DNA from: an uncultured Solibacteraceae bacterium
Lineage (GTDB): Bacteria; Acidobacteriota; Vicinamibacteria; Vicinamibacterales; SCN-69-37
Assembly (NCBI GenBank): GCA_964343975.1
Contig: CAYFLU010000001.1
Coordinates: 1,880-65,879 of the forward strand
DNA: 64,000 nt
Reading direction: 5' to 3'
The notes under the pieces were generated by a model. That model did not search any database and was not told the DNA's origin. It was given only the letters and a program-made list of their open reading frames with translations. Numbering within the stretch: the stretch's first letter is position 1; every line of letters starts with the position of its first letter. Shown in pieces: positions 7,658 to 16,071 of this stretch. A program made the position numbers and the translations under genes.

Positions 7658-9055
7658 ATGCGCGACTGCCTTTGTAACAACCGGCTGAAGCCGGGCGACG
7701 TTTCCCACTCCCGGCGCGAGTTTCTGGCGCGCACGGGCTTGGGGCTCGGCGCCCTCGGGTTGGCGAGCTTGCTGTCGGACGATCTCCTAGCGGCCATGGC
7801 CGAGCAGGGCACGAAGGCGTCGCCGTATGCGTCGAAGGCCAAGCACGTGATTCACATCTTCGCGCAGGGCGCGCCGTCGCATGTGGACACATGGGATCCG
7901 AAGCCGACGCTCGCGCAGTATCACGACAAGCCGCTGCCAGGGTTGAACGGCGTGGCGATGGCGTCGCCGTTCACGTTCACGAAGCACGGCCAGTCGGGCA
8001 TCGAGGTGAGCAGCGTGTTTCCCGCGATCGCCGAGCATGTGGACGATCTCGCGGTGATCCGCTCGATGCAGACCGACATCCCCGCGCACGACGTGGCCAC
8101 GGTGATGATGAACACCGGCTCGCGGTTGCCGCGGCCGAGCCTCGGCTCGTGGGCGCTCTACGGTCTCGGCAGCGCGAACCAGAACATGCCCGGCTTCATC
8201 TCGCTGCGGCCGAACGGCGGATTGCCCCCAGGCGGCTCGCTCAACTGGGGCTCGGCGTTTCTCCCCGGCGATCTGCAGGCGATGAGCCTCAACACCTCGA
8301 CGGCGACGGTCGCCGGCATGGTGCCCAACATCCGCAACGAGTACTTCGGCCGCGACGAACAGCGTCGCGAACTCGATCTCGTGCAGGGGTTGAACGCGGC
8401 CGCGCGGCAACCTGGAATAGACGACCCGATGCTCGACGCGCGCATTCAGTCGCTCGAGATGGCGTACCGCATGCAGATCGAAGCGACCGACGCATTCGAT
8501 CTGTCGAAGGAATCGGCGGCTGTGAAGGCGATGTACGGCGATACGCCGCAAGGCCGTCAGCTCCTCATCGCCCGTCGACTCGTGGAACGCGGCGTGCGGT
8601 TCATTCAAGTGTGGGCCGGCGGGTGGGATCACCACGAAGATCTCGAAGATCGTTTGCCGGCAAGCGCGGCGGAGATCGACAAGCCCGCGGGGGCGCTGCT
8701 CGCGGATCTGAAGACGCTCGGCCTGCTCGACAGCACGCTCGTGATCTGGGGCGGTGAGTTCGGACGCACGGTGACGCGCGACCGCAACGGCAACGACAAC
8801 CCGGGCCGCGACCACAACAGCAAGGCGTTCTCACTGTGGTTGGCGGGCGGCGGCGTGAAGGGCGGCACGGTGTACGGCGCCACGGACGAATTCGGCTCGA
8901 AGGCCGTGACCAATCCCGTGCATGTGCATGATCTGCACGCCACGATCCTGCGGCTCCTCGGCTTCGATCACACGAAGCTCACCTATCGCCACAACGGCCG
9001 CGACTTCCGTCTCACCGAGACCTACGGCACGGTCGTGAACGGGATCATCGCGTGA
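7658..9055 (+). CDS. DUF1501 domain protein (sulfatase-like fold, Tat leader)
   Basis: Contains 'SRREFLARTGLGLGALGLASLL' and '...VIWGGEFGRTV...GRDHN'. It ends 'VVNGIIA', which is typical of DUF1501. Confidence 0.9.
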   Translation: MRDCLCNNRLKPGDVSHSRREFLARTGLGLGALGLASLLSDDLLAAMAEQGTKASPYASKAKHVIHIFAQGAPSHVDTWDPKPTLAQYHDKPLPGLNGVAMASPFTFTKHGQSGIEVSSVFPAIAEHVDDLAVIRSMQTDIPAHDVATVMMNTGSRLPRPSLGSWALYGLGSANQNMPGFISLRPNGGLPPGGSLNWGSAFLPGDLQAMSLNTSTATVAGMVPNIRNEYFGRDEQRRELDLVQGLNAAARQPGIDDPMLDARIQSLEMAYRMQIEATDAFDLSKESAAVKAMYGDTPQGRQLLIARRLVERGVRFIQVWAGGWDHHEDLEDRLPASAAEIDKPAGALLADLKTLGLLDSTLVIWGGEFGRTVTRDRNGNDNPGRDHNSKAFSLWLAGGGVKGGTVYGATDEFGSKAVTNPVHVHDLHATILRLLGFDHTKLTYRHNGRDFRLTETYGTVVNGIIA

Positions 9056-11994
9056 TGACAGCAGAGACCCGACGCTCGGCGTGGCGCCTGGGCATCGCGA
9101 GTGCGGTGCTGATGTGGTCGTGCGCGTTTGCGTTCACCGCGGCAGAGCCTGCAGCGGCACCGATCCCGCAAGCGCCGATCCGACAGGATCAGCTCGACTT
9201 CTTCGAGAGCCGCATCCGCCCGATCTTCGTGAACAACTGCTACAAGTGCCACAGCAGCGGCCTGAGTTCACCGTCGGGTGGCCTCGTGCTCGACTGGAAA
9301 GGCGGCTGGGAAAAAGGTGGCGGCTCGGGCCCCGCGATCGTGCCGGGCGATCCCGACAAGAGCCTGCTCATCACCGCGGTGCGCTACAACGACGGCACGT
9401 TGCAGATGCCGCCGACCGGACCACTACCGGAAGAACAAGTGAACGACCTCGTGACGTGGGTGCGCATGAACGCGCCGGATCCGCGCACGACGCGCCCGGC
9501 GCCATCGCCGAACGGCGCGCCGTCATACGGCGGCCAGGGCAAGAACCACTGGGCGTTCAAGCCGGTGACGAAGCCAGCGCTGCCGAACGTGACGAACACG
9601 GCGTGGGTGAAGAACGACATCGACCGCTTCGTGGAAGCGAAGCTCGAGTCGATGGGCATGACCGGCAGCGCGATCGCCGACAAGCGCACGCTCATTCGTC
9701 GCGCGTTCTTCGATCTCATCGGCCTGCCGCCCACACCCGGTGAAGTGCAGGCGTTTCTCGCCGACACGTCGCCGAACGCGTTCGAACATCTCGTGGACGC
9801 GCTGCTCGCCTCCCCGCTCTACGGCGAGCGGTGGGGGCGGCACTGGCTCGACGTGGCGCGCTACGCCGACACGAAAGGCCAGTACGCGCGTCAGCGTGAG
9901 TCGTCGCTCTATCCGAACGCGTGGACCTATCGCGACTACGTGATCCGCGCCTTCAACGCCGATCTGCCGTACGACCAGTTCATCAAGGAGCAGCTGGCGG
10001 CCGATCGCGTGAGCAACATGAAGGTCACGCCGTCGCTCGCCGCGCTCGGCTTCCTCACGCTCGGCGATCATTTCGGCGGCAATCAGGCCGACATCATCAA
10101 CGACCGCATCGACGTGACGACCAAGGCCTTCCTCGGCCTCACGGTGACGTGCGCGCGGTGTCACGACCACAAGTTCGATCCGATCCCGCAGGCCGACTAC
10201 TACTCGCTCTACGGCATCTTCGCGAGCTCGATCGAGCCGCCGACGCAACCGATCATCGGCATCATCCCGACGGCGTATGCCGACTATCAGGTCCGTCGCA
10301 AAGCGATGGACGAGCGCATGCAGGCCATCGCCGACGAGAACGTGATGGAAGCGTTCGGCGACTACAAACGCTTCGGCGCGGCGTACCTCATGGCCACGAC
10401 AATGTCGGAGGGCAGCGCGGCGTCGTATCTGAAGAAAAAGGGCGCGCCGGTCGGACCGCTCCCCAACTGGAAGCAGTTCCTGAAGTCGGGTGGCAAGCAG
10501 GCGGCGTCGGTGTTCGGCATCTGGAACGCGCTCGCGCGGATTGAGCCGGCGATCTTCGACCTGCGCGCGCAGCGCGTGCTCGAGTCGCAGTATCAGAAGG
10601 AGCGCCAGGCGGTGCTGAGCCCGTTCGTGCTCGAGGCCTTCTACCGCAAGCCGATGCTCTCGCTCGAAAGCGCGGCGGAGATCTACGGCAAGCTCTTCGC
10701 GCGGACCGATCCGGCATGGACGACCATGTTCTCGACGCTGATGAACGAGTCGTCGCTGCGATTCCGGCCGCAGAAGGCGCGCAACATGAACAACCAGATG
10801 CGCGAGCAGAGCGACCTGCTCGAGCTCCTGGACCCGGGCGCGCCCGCGCGACCGAACCTGCTCATCGACAGCCCGACGCCGAAAGACTCGCCGATCTTCA
10901 TCCGCGGCCAGGTGGAGACGCCCGGACAAGTGGTGCCGCGCCGCTTCCTCGACGTGCTCTCGAACGGCAAGCGCCCGGAATTTCACGACGGCTCGGGTCG
11001 CCTCGAACTCGCGAACGCGATTGCCGACAAGTCGAATCCGCTCACCGCCCGCGTGCTCGTGAACCGCGTGTGGCAGCACCACTTCGGCGAAGGCTTCGTG
11101 AGCACACCGGACGACCTCGGCAATCAGTCGACGCCGCCCGTGAACCAGCCGCTCCTCGACTACCTCGCGAGCCGCTTCATGAGCGACGGGTGGTCGATCA
11201 AGAAGCTGCACAAGCTCATCCTGATGTCGGCGACGTGGCAGCAGCAAACCGTCGGCAACACCGCGTACGCCGAGAAGGATCCCTTCAACCAGCTCCTCTG
11301 GCGCCAAAACGTCCGTCGTCTCGAGTTCGAACCGCTGCGCGATTCGATTTTGAGCATGGGCGGGAGTTTGGATCTGACGATGGGCGGGCATCCGGTGCGG
11401 CTCGGTGATCCGCCGGTTGGCGGTCGCGGCGCGGGCAGTGCGGTGGTGCGACCGTCAGGCACGCCGGGGAATGCCGCCGACAACCTCACGATGGTGGTGG
11501 CGCCGCGGCGGTCGGTGTATGGCTTCGTGGATCGCGGCGATCTCGGCGACATCTTCACGACCTTCGACTTCGCGAGCCCGAATGCCGCGAACGGCAAGCG
11601 CTTCGAGACGACGGTGCCGCAGCAGGCGCTCTTCCTCATGAACAGCCCGCTCGCGATCGAGCAGGTGCGCCACGTGGTGGAGCGCGCTGAGTTCCAGCAG
11701 GCCGCGACAGACGAAGCGAAGATCGCGTTTCTGTACGAGCTCTTCTTCCAGCGCGCGCCGAATGCCGCGGAAGTGACGATGGGGCGGGAGTTCGTGGCGA
11801 AGTATCACGCGGCGCCGGCGCCGGTGGATGACGCACCGGCGGGCCGCGCGACCGGGGCGCGAGGCCGGGGCGCCGGTGCCGGTGCGCAGGCCCGCGGCCG
11901 TGGCCCGGCCGCGCCCGTGCGCGTGCCGCTCTCGGCGTGGCAGGAGTACGCGCACGCGCTCATGCTCACGAACGAGATGGTGTTCGTGCGCTAG
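9052..11994 (+). CDS. PSCyt1 (CxxCH) - DUF1549 - DUF1553 protein
   Basis: 'FVNNCYKCHS' heme-binding-type motif; DUF1549 'IDRFVEAKLESMGM...IRRAFFDLIGLPPT'; DUF1553 'CARCHDHKFDPIPQADYY' and C-terminus 'LTNEMVFVR'. GTG 9052 or ATG 9055 overlaps the DUF1501 stop. Confidence 0.9.
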   Translation: MMTAETRRSAWRLGIASAVLMWSCAFAFTAAEPAAAPIPQAPIRQDQLDFFESRIRPIFVNNCYKCHSSGLSSPSGGLVLDWKGGWEKGGGSGPAIVPGDPDKSLLITAVRYNDGTLQMPPTGPLPEEQVNDLVTWVRMNAPDPRTTRPAPSPNGAPSYGGQGKNHWAFKPVTKPALPNVTNTAWVKNDIDRFVEAKLESMGMTGSAIADKRTLIRRAFFDLIGLPPTPGEVQAFLADTSPNAFEHLVDALLASPLYGERWGRHWLDVARYADTKGQYARQRESSLYPNAWTYRDYVIRAFNADLPYDQFIKEQLAADRVSNMKVTPSLAALGFLTLGDHFGGNQADIINDRIDVTTKAFLGLTVTCARCHDHKFDPIPQADYYSLYGIFASSIEPPTQPIIGIIPTAYADYQVRRKAMDERMQAIADENVMEAFGDYKRFGAAYLMATTMSEGSAASYLKKKGAPVGPLPNWKQFLKSGGKQAASVFGIWNALARIEPAIFDLRAQRVLESQYQKERQAVLSPFVLEAFYRKPMLSLESAAEIYGKLFARTDPAWTTMFSTLMNESSLRFRPQKARNMNNQMREQSDLLELLDPGAPARPNLLIDSPTPKDSPIFIRGQVETPGQVVPRRFLDVLSNGKRPEFHDGSGRLELANAIADKSNPLTARVLVNRVWQHHFGEGFVSTPDDLGNQSTPPVNQPLLDYLASRFMSDGWSIKKLHKLILMSATWQQQTVGNTAYAEKDPFNQLLWRQNVRRLEFEPLRDSILSMGGSLDLTMGGHPVRLGDPPVGGRGAGSAVVRPSGTPGNAADNLTMVVAPRRSVYGFVDRGDLGDIFTTFDFASPNAANGKRFETTVPQQALFLMNSPLAIEQVRHVVERAEFQQAATDEAKIAFLYELFFQRAPNAAEVTMGREFVAKYHAAPAPVDDAPAGRATGARGRGAGAGAQARGRGPAAPVRVPLSAWQEYAHALMLTNEMVFVR

Positions 11995-12551
11995 CGGTCC
12001 TGAAAGCCGCGTCCGGCGAAGATCGCGGGCGCGGCTTTGTTGATACGGGCCTCGCGCGTGGCCGGCTGCTTCGCGGACGCGAAGTGATAGAGGTATCCAC
12101 GCTGCCGTCCGGGTGTGAGCGCCTCGAACGCGCGCTTGAACGACGGATCCTTCTTGAAGCGCGCGATCAGCTCTGGCGGCACCGGATAGTCTTCCGTCTT
12201 CTTCGGCGCCACCCGCAACCCCGCCTGCTCCACCGCGATGGCCTCACGCACATAGGCGGTGATCGTCTTCGCCTTCGCCGCAATCTCCGCCGCGCTCGTG
12301 AACTTCATCACGCGTCCCGCCTGCACTTGACCGAGCTGCACCAGCAGCTTCTTCGGGTCCTTCATCAGCGCGCCCTGGAAGAATCCGAGCGCGAAGTACT
12401 CCTTGAAGTCCTGGAGGATGACGACGTTCTTGCCGTCGAGCGTGTACGTGGGCTTGCCCCACTTCCGTTCTTCGGTCAGCGGCAGCGCGGCGAGCACGCG
12501 CTTCATCTCAGCAATCTCCGCGGCCCAGCGCTTCATGTAGGGGTGCTGCAT
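11991..12551 (-). CDS. DUF1801 + YdeI/OmpD-associated family protein
   Basis: 186 aa; contains 'KWGKPTYTLDGKNVVIL' and '...FEALTPGRQRGYLYHFASAKQPATREARI'. Confidence 0.8.
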   Translation of the reverse strand: MQHPYMKRWAAEIAEMKRVLAALPLTEERKWGKPTYTLDGKNVVILQDFKEYFALGFFQGALMKDPKKLLVQLGQVQAGRVMKFTSAAEIAAKAKTITAYVREAIAVEQAGLRVAPKKTEDYPVPPELIARFKKDPSFKRAFEALTPGRQRGYLYHFASAKQPATREARINKAAPAIFAGRGFQDR

Positions 12552-12640
12552 CGGTGTGGCTGATCGTACCGGAACTGGCGGCGTTGAACGATTCAGTCAC
12601 CACCGCCGATGTCTTTGTGATACAAAGCCATAGACACACC

Positions 12641-13087
12641 ATGAACACCACTCGACTGCGCGGCGCACTCGGCATTGGCCTCACCTGGGCGGTGGCGTGG
12701 GGTGGTGTGGGAGTGCTGGTCGCGCTCGGGTTCGTGATCGCCACCGGCAGTCGTCCCGACCCGCCGGTGCCCATGATGTTCACGGTAGCCGGGCTGCTGA
12801 ACGGCGTGCTCTTCTCGACCGTGGTCTCGGTCGCCGAGCGCGGTCGCCTCGTCAGCGATCTGCGCCTGCCGCGCGTGGCGACCGCCGGCGCGGCGGTCGG
12901 CGTGCTCTTCGCCACGACGTTCGTCGTCGCCGTGGCCTCCGGCGGCGATCGCGCGTTCCTCTGGAATCTGTCGTTTCTCGCGCCGATCTTCGGTACCTGG
13001 GCCGCGGGCTCCGGCGCTGCCTGCGTGCTGCTCGCGCGACGCACTGACCGCTGGCACCGCTTGTTCGCGCAACTCTGCGCACGCTAG
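12641..13087 (+). CDS. Hypothetical membrane protein (about 4 TM)
   Basis: 148 aa from the ATG at 12641, with hydrophobic segments throughout and no recognisable domain. Confidence 0.55.
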   Translation: MNTTRLRGALGIGLTWAVAWGGVGVLVALGFVIATGSRPDPPVPMMFTVAGLLNGVLFSTVVSVAERGRLVSDLRLPRVATAGAAVGVLFATTFVVAVASGGDRAFLWNLSFLAPIFGTWAAGSGAACVLLARRTDRWHRLFAQLCAR

Positions 13088-13112
13088 CGGCGACACGTCG
13101 GCACTTCCGCGC

Positions 13113-13607
13113 CTACGTTCGTCCAAGAAAGCGCCCCGGCTGTCCCGAGAGCATGCGCAGCGCGCGGTCGAGGTTGCGCGCGCGCGCGTCCGCGCTCTTC
13201 AAACGGAGCAGATAGCGGACGACTTCCTTCTGCCGACTCGGCGAGAGTGCAGCCCATCCGCGCGTCGCTGCCGCATTCGCACTGAGCGCGGCCGTGAACC
13301 ATGCGGGCATCGGCGCGGGGCCAGAGCGGTACGCGGCGTCGAAAGCGACTTCGACGCGCACCGAGTCGCCGACCGCCGTGCCCGAGGCCTTGCGCACATC
13401 GCCGTGGAGATAGAGGTAGAAGCTGCCGTCACCGGCGGGCATCAAGTTGATGCGCCACGGCTCCGCAGGCTCGCCGTTGATCCGCACGAGCACAGGCAGC
13501 GGACGACGCCAGCCTTTGCGGAGGCGGGCGGCGCGGGCAGCGCTGATCGGCACGAATGGATTGACGCCGCGGATGTCGATGACGGCGCGGAAACGGAGCG
13601 TGGTCAT
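13113..13607 (-). CDS. DUF1905 + YdeI/OmpD-associated family protein
   Basis: 164 aa from the ATG at 13607; contains 'PVLVRINGEPAEPWRINLMPAGDGSFYLYL' and 'LSPSRQKEVVRYL'. Confidence 0.8.
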   Translation of the reverse strand: MTTLRFRAVIDIRGVNPFVPISAARAARLRKGWRRPLPVLVRINGEPAEPWRINLMPAGDGSFYLYLHGDVRKASGTAVGDSVRVEVAFDAAYRSGPAPMPAWFTAALSANAAATRGWAALSPSRQKEVVRYLLRLKSADARARNLDRALRMLSGQPGRFLGRT

Positions 13608-13993
13608 CGCGCGTGTTGAGCACGCCCACTGCGTCGTCCCACGAATGCAGACACCGGCACCAAGTACGACAGATAGACCACGTGATACCACGCGGGATAC
13701 GCCGGCCAGATGCGGATGTGGTGCACGGTGGAGCCGAGACACGCCAGCGTTCCCAGCGCGAGCGCAGCTCGGCCCGTGTCGCCTGCGAGGCGCGTCGTCG
13801 TCCAGGCGCTGGCGGCCATGCACACGGCGCCGGCGACGAGGCGCGCGACAAGCATGACGAACGTGTACGCGCGCGTGGCCTCTGCGACGCCGTAGGCGGG
13901 CCATACACGTGACGTGATGGCGCTCACCAACACGGCGGCAATGATGCCAACCGCAGCGCCGCCGAGGATGGACACTCCGACACGTGGCGTCAT
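13604..13993 (-). CDS. Hypothetical membrane protein
   Basis: 129 aa from the ATG at 13993, with 4 hydrophobic spans. There is an ATGA overlap with the downstream gene. Confidence 0.55.
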   Translation of the reverse strand: MTPRVGVSILGGAAVGIIAAVLVSAITSRVWPAYGVAEATRAYTFVMLVARLVAGAVCMAASAWTTTRLAGDTGRAALALGTLACLGSTVHHIRIWPAYPAWYHVVYLSYLVPVSAFVGRRSGRAQHAR

Positions 13994-14045
13994 GCCGGTG
14001 TAGCGATGTTCATAGCCGGGCTCGTCGTTCGAATGGCAGAGAACA

Positions 14046-14327
14046 TCAGGCTGCCGTGACTGTGAGTTTGACCCCGAGGCTCTGGAGCACCTTGAGCACG
14101 GTGTCATATCGCGGCTTGGCTCCCGGCGTCAGGGCCTTGTACAGGCTCTCCCGGCCAAGGCCCGTAGTCTCGGCAATGGCGCTGATCCCTCGCGCCTTGG
14201 CGACCTGACCGACCGCCGACAGGAACACGTCCGGATTGGAATCTTCGAGCGCAGCCGTCAAGTACTCCGCGATCACTTCGTCATCGTCCAGAAAGGCGCT
14301 TGGGTCGAAGGCTTTGAGTTTTGGCAC
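14046..14327 (-). CDS. Addiction-module antidote protein (HigA-family HTH antitoxin)
   Basis: 93 aa; 'FDPSAFLDDDEVIAEYL...AKARGISAIAETTGLGRESLYKAL' is the antidote-protein pattern. It lies directly downstream of the toxin gene. Confidence 0.85.
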   Translation of the reverse strand: MPKLKAFDPSAFLDDDEVIAEYLTAALEDSNPDVFLSAVGQVAKARGISAIAETTGLGRESLYKALTPGAKPRYDTVLKVLQSLGVKLTVTAA

Positions 14328-14330
14328 CGT

Positions 14331-14630
14331 TCACTCCTTGTCGAGTTCGCGGAGAATGTGCTGCGCACGCGCGATGTCTCTCGACTGACTCGACTTGCTG
14401 CCACCACATAGCAGCAGTAACACCACCCGGCCGCGCTGGGCGAAGTAGACGCGATAGCCGGGACCGACGTGTACGCGCATCTCCCGCACACCATCGCCGA
14501 CGGATTTGACATCACCGAGATTGCCCAGCCTCGCCGACTCCAGTCGCGCCAGGATGCGAGCGCGAGCCTTGAGATCGGCCAGTGTCCTCAGCCACTGGTC
14601 GAAGGTGTCGGTCGACTGCAGCTGATACAC
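14331..14630 (-). CDS. Addiction-module killer protein (RelE/ParE superfamily, HigB-like toxin)
   Basis: Contains 'F..WL..L.D..ARARILARLESARLGNLGDVKSVGDGVREMRVHVGPGYRVYF...LLLLCGGSKSSQSRDI'. I place the start at the second GTG-TAT (14630), which gives 99 aa, rather than at the track start 14657. Confidence 0.85.
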   Translation of the reverse strand: MYQLQSTDTFDQWLRTLADLKARARILARLESARLGNLGDVKSVGDGVREMRVHVGPGYRVYFAQRGRVVLLLLCGGSKSSQSRDIARAQHILRELDKE

Positions 14631-14661
14631 ACGGGAAGTGTATCTGTTCGGATACACACGG
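14624..14661. promoter_or_regulatory. Three GATACAC/GTGTATC half-sites (14624-30, 14638-44 inverted, 14651-57); putative antitoxin operator
   Basis: An 11-bp direct repeat GATACACACGG occurs at 14624-34 and 14651-61, with an inverted heptamer between them. The element overlaps the toxin start codon. Confidence 0.5.
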
Positions 14662-14700
14662 TCAACTGGGTTATTCCCTGCCCTAAGCGTTCGTATGGGA

Positions 14701-15582
14701 TCACTTCACGACGCCGCGGCCGCGCAGCCAGTTCGCCATCAGCACGGACCATGGCGACAGGGCCAGGTTGTCGTTCGCGAGGCCGACGCCGTGCGGGCCC
14801 TTCGCGAACACGTGCAGTTCGGCCGGCACGCCCGCTTGGCGCAGCGCGAGAAAGTAGTGGAGGCTGTTCTCCACCGGCACGGTGGTGTCTTCGTTCGTGT
14901 GGAAGATGAACGTCGGCGGCGTGTTCTTCGTCACCGCGAGTTCGCCGGAGAGTTGCCGCGCCAGCGCCGGATCGGGATTTGCGCCGAGCAGGTTGTCTCG
15001 CGAACCGGCATGCGTCCACGGCGCCGTCATGGAGATCACGGGGTAACCCAGCACGACGAAGTCGGGCCGGCTGTTCGCGCGATCGATTTCGTCCGCAGCA
15101 TCCGCGCGCCCCGCATCGAACAACGTCGACGTCGTCATCGCCAAATGCCCGCCGGCGGAGAAACCGATGATGCCGATGCGTGTGGGATCGATCTGCCACT
15201 CGGCGGCCCGCGCGCGCACGGTGCGGATCGCGCGCTGCGCGTCGCCGAGTTCGATCGGATGGTGATAGCGCGGTCCGAGGCGCGAGCGCAGCACGAACGC
15301 CGCGATGCCGAGGGAGTTGAGATAGCTCGCGACCTGCCGGCCTTCGTGGTTCGCGGCCAGCCGCACGTACCCGCCACCCGGACACACGATCATCGCCGGC
15401 GTCGACGAGGTCATCGTCCGAGGCAGGTACACCGTGAGCGCGGGAATGTCGCTGTCGTCGGCGCCGAGCGCACCCGGCGCGGCGCCGGGCCACAGGCGAA
15501 TCACTTGTCCATCGGTGAGCGGCGACGACTGAACCTGTGCCATCACCGTGGCGCTGAGGAAGACTGCGAGCACGAACTTCAC
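14701..15582 (-). CDS. Exported alpha/beta hydrolase (esterase/lipase type)
   Basis: Signal peptide; 'CPGGGY' oxyanion region, nucleophile elbow 'GFSAGGH' and late 'GPHG'. GTG start. Confidence 0.85.
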   Translation of the reverse strand: MKFVLAVFLSATVMAQVQSSPLTDGQVIRLWPGAAPGALGADDSDIPALTVYLPRTMTSSTPAMIVCPGGGYVRLAANHEGRQVASYLNSLGIAAFVLRSRLGPRYHHPIELGDAQRAIRTVRARAAEWQIDPTRIGIIGFSAGGHLAMTTSTLFDAGRADAADEIDRANSRPDFVVLGYPVISMTAPWTHAGSRDNLLGANPDPALARQLSGELAVTKNTPPTFIFHTNEDTTVPVENSLHYFLALRQAGVPAELHVFAKGPHGVGLANDNLALSPWSVLMANWLRGRGVVK

Positions 15583-15591
15583 GAGTAAAGG

Positions 15592-15764
15592 CTACTCCTT
15601 CGGGCTGCGCTGCAGCAGCGCGCCGATGGCGGTGAGGATCTCGCCTTGCTGCTTGCGGATCTGGTGGAGCGTGACGAGCGCCCAGATGCCGGCGGCGACG
15701 GGCACGAGCCAGAAGAGCCGGCCACGAGCACGACGAACAACTCAGGAACACCCACTCCCATCAT
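15592..15764 (-). pseudogene. Small membrane protein ORF that needs a one-base frame correction
   Basis: The ATG at 15764 follows a GAGGGAG Shine-Dalgarno sequence. The 5' part reads MMGVGVPELFVVLVAG in frame 1. From about 15717 only another frame has near-uniform G/C third positions (LFWLVPVAAGIWALVTLHQIRKQQGEILTAIGALLQRSPKE*). The span length is 2 mod 3. Confidence 0.35.
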
Positions 15765-16071
15765 GGCTCCCTCACTGCACTTTCTTGTAGACGAGCTTCA
15801 TCTTGATGGGCTGGCCGGCGAGGGTGCGGTGTGGCCGGTTCAGTTTCGGCTGTCAACGCAGTAGAACGGCGAGTGCCGCCTTGGAATAGAGATACGTGGA
15901 TTCGGGTTGTACTGGATAGCTCGTCGGCACGACATTTGCGCGGCGCGATAAGAGTGGACGACATCTCTAGGTGACTACGGATCCCCTCAAGAGTCCAATG
16001 CGATGGTCTCAAAGACGCAGTCTTGATCCCTCGCAATGGAAGAAGATGGGCCATACAGCTATCATCCCCAC

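Noticed and set aside
7787-8815. 342-aa minus-strand ORF
   Set aside because: It is antisense to the DUF1501 gene, which has clear family motifs, and it has junk composition.
9523-11391. 622-aa minus-strand ORF
   Set aside because: It is antisense to the PSCyt1-DUF1549-DUF1553 gene. It is Arg/Glu/His-rich and has no recognisable domain.
14588-15751. 387-aa minus-strand and 316-aa plus-strand ORFs overlapping the esterase gene
   Set aside because: These are off-frame or antisense versions of the alpha/beta hydrolase CDS, which carries GFSAGG and a signal peptide.
15761-16054. 97-aa minus-strand ORF in the low-GC gap
   Set aside because: It has no start context, mixed third-position composition and no protein-like pattern. 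I treat the region as non-coding.
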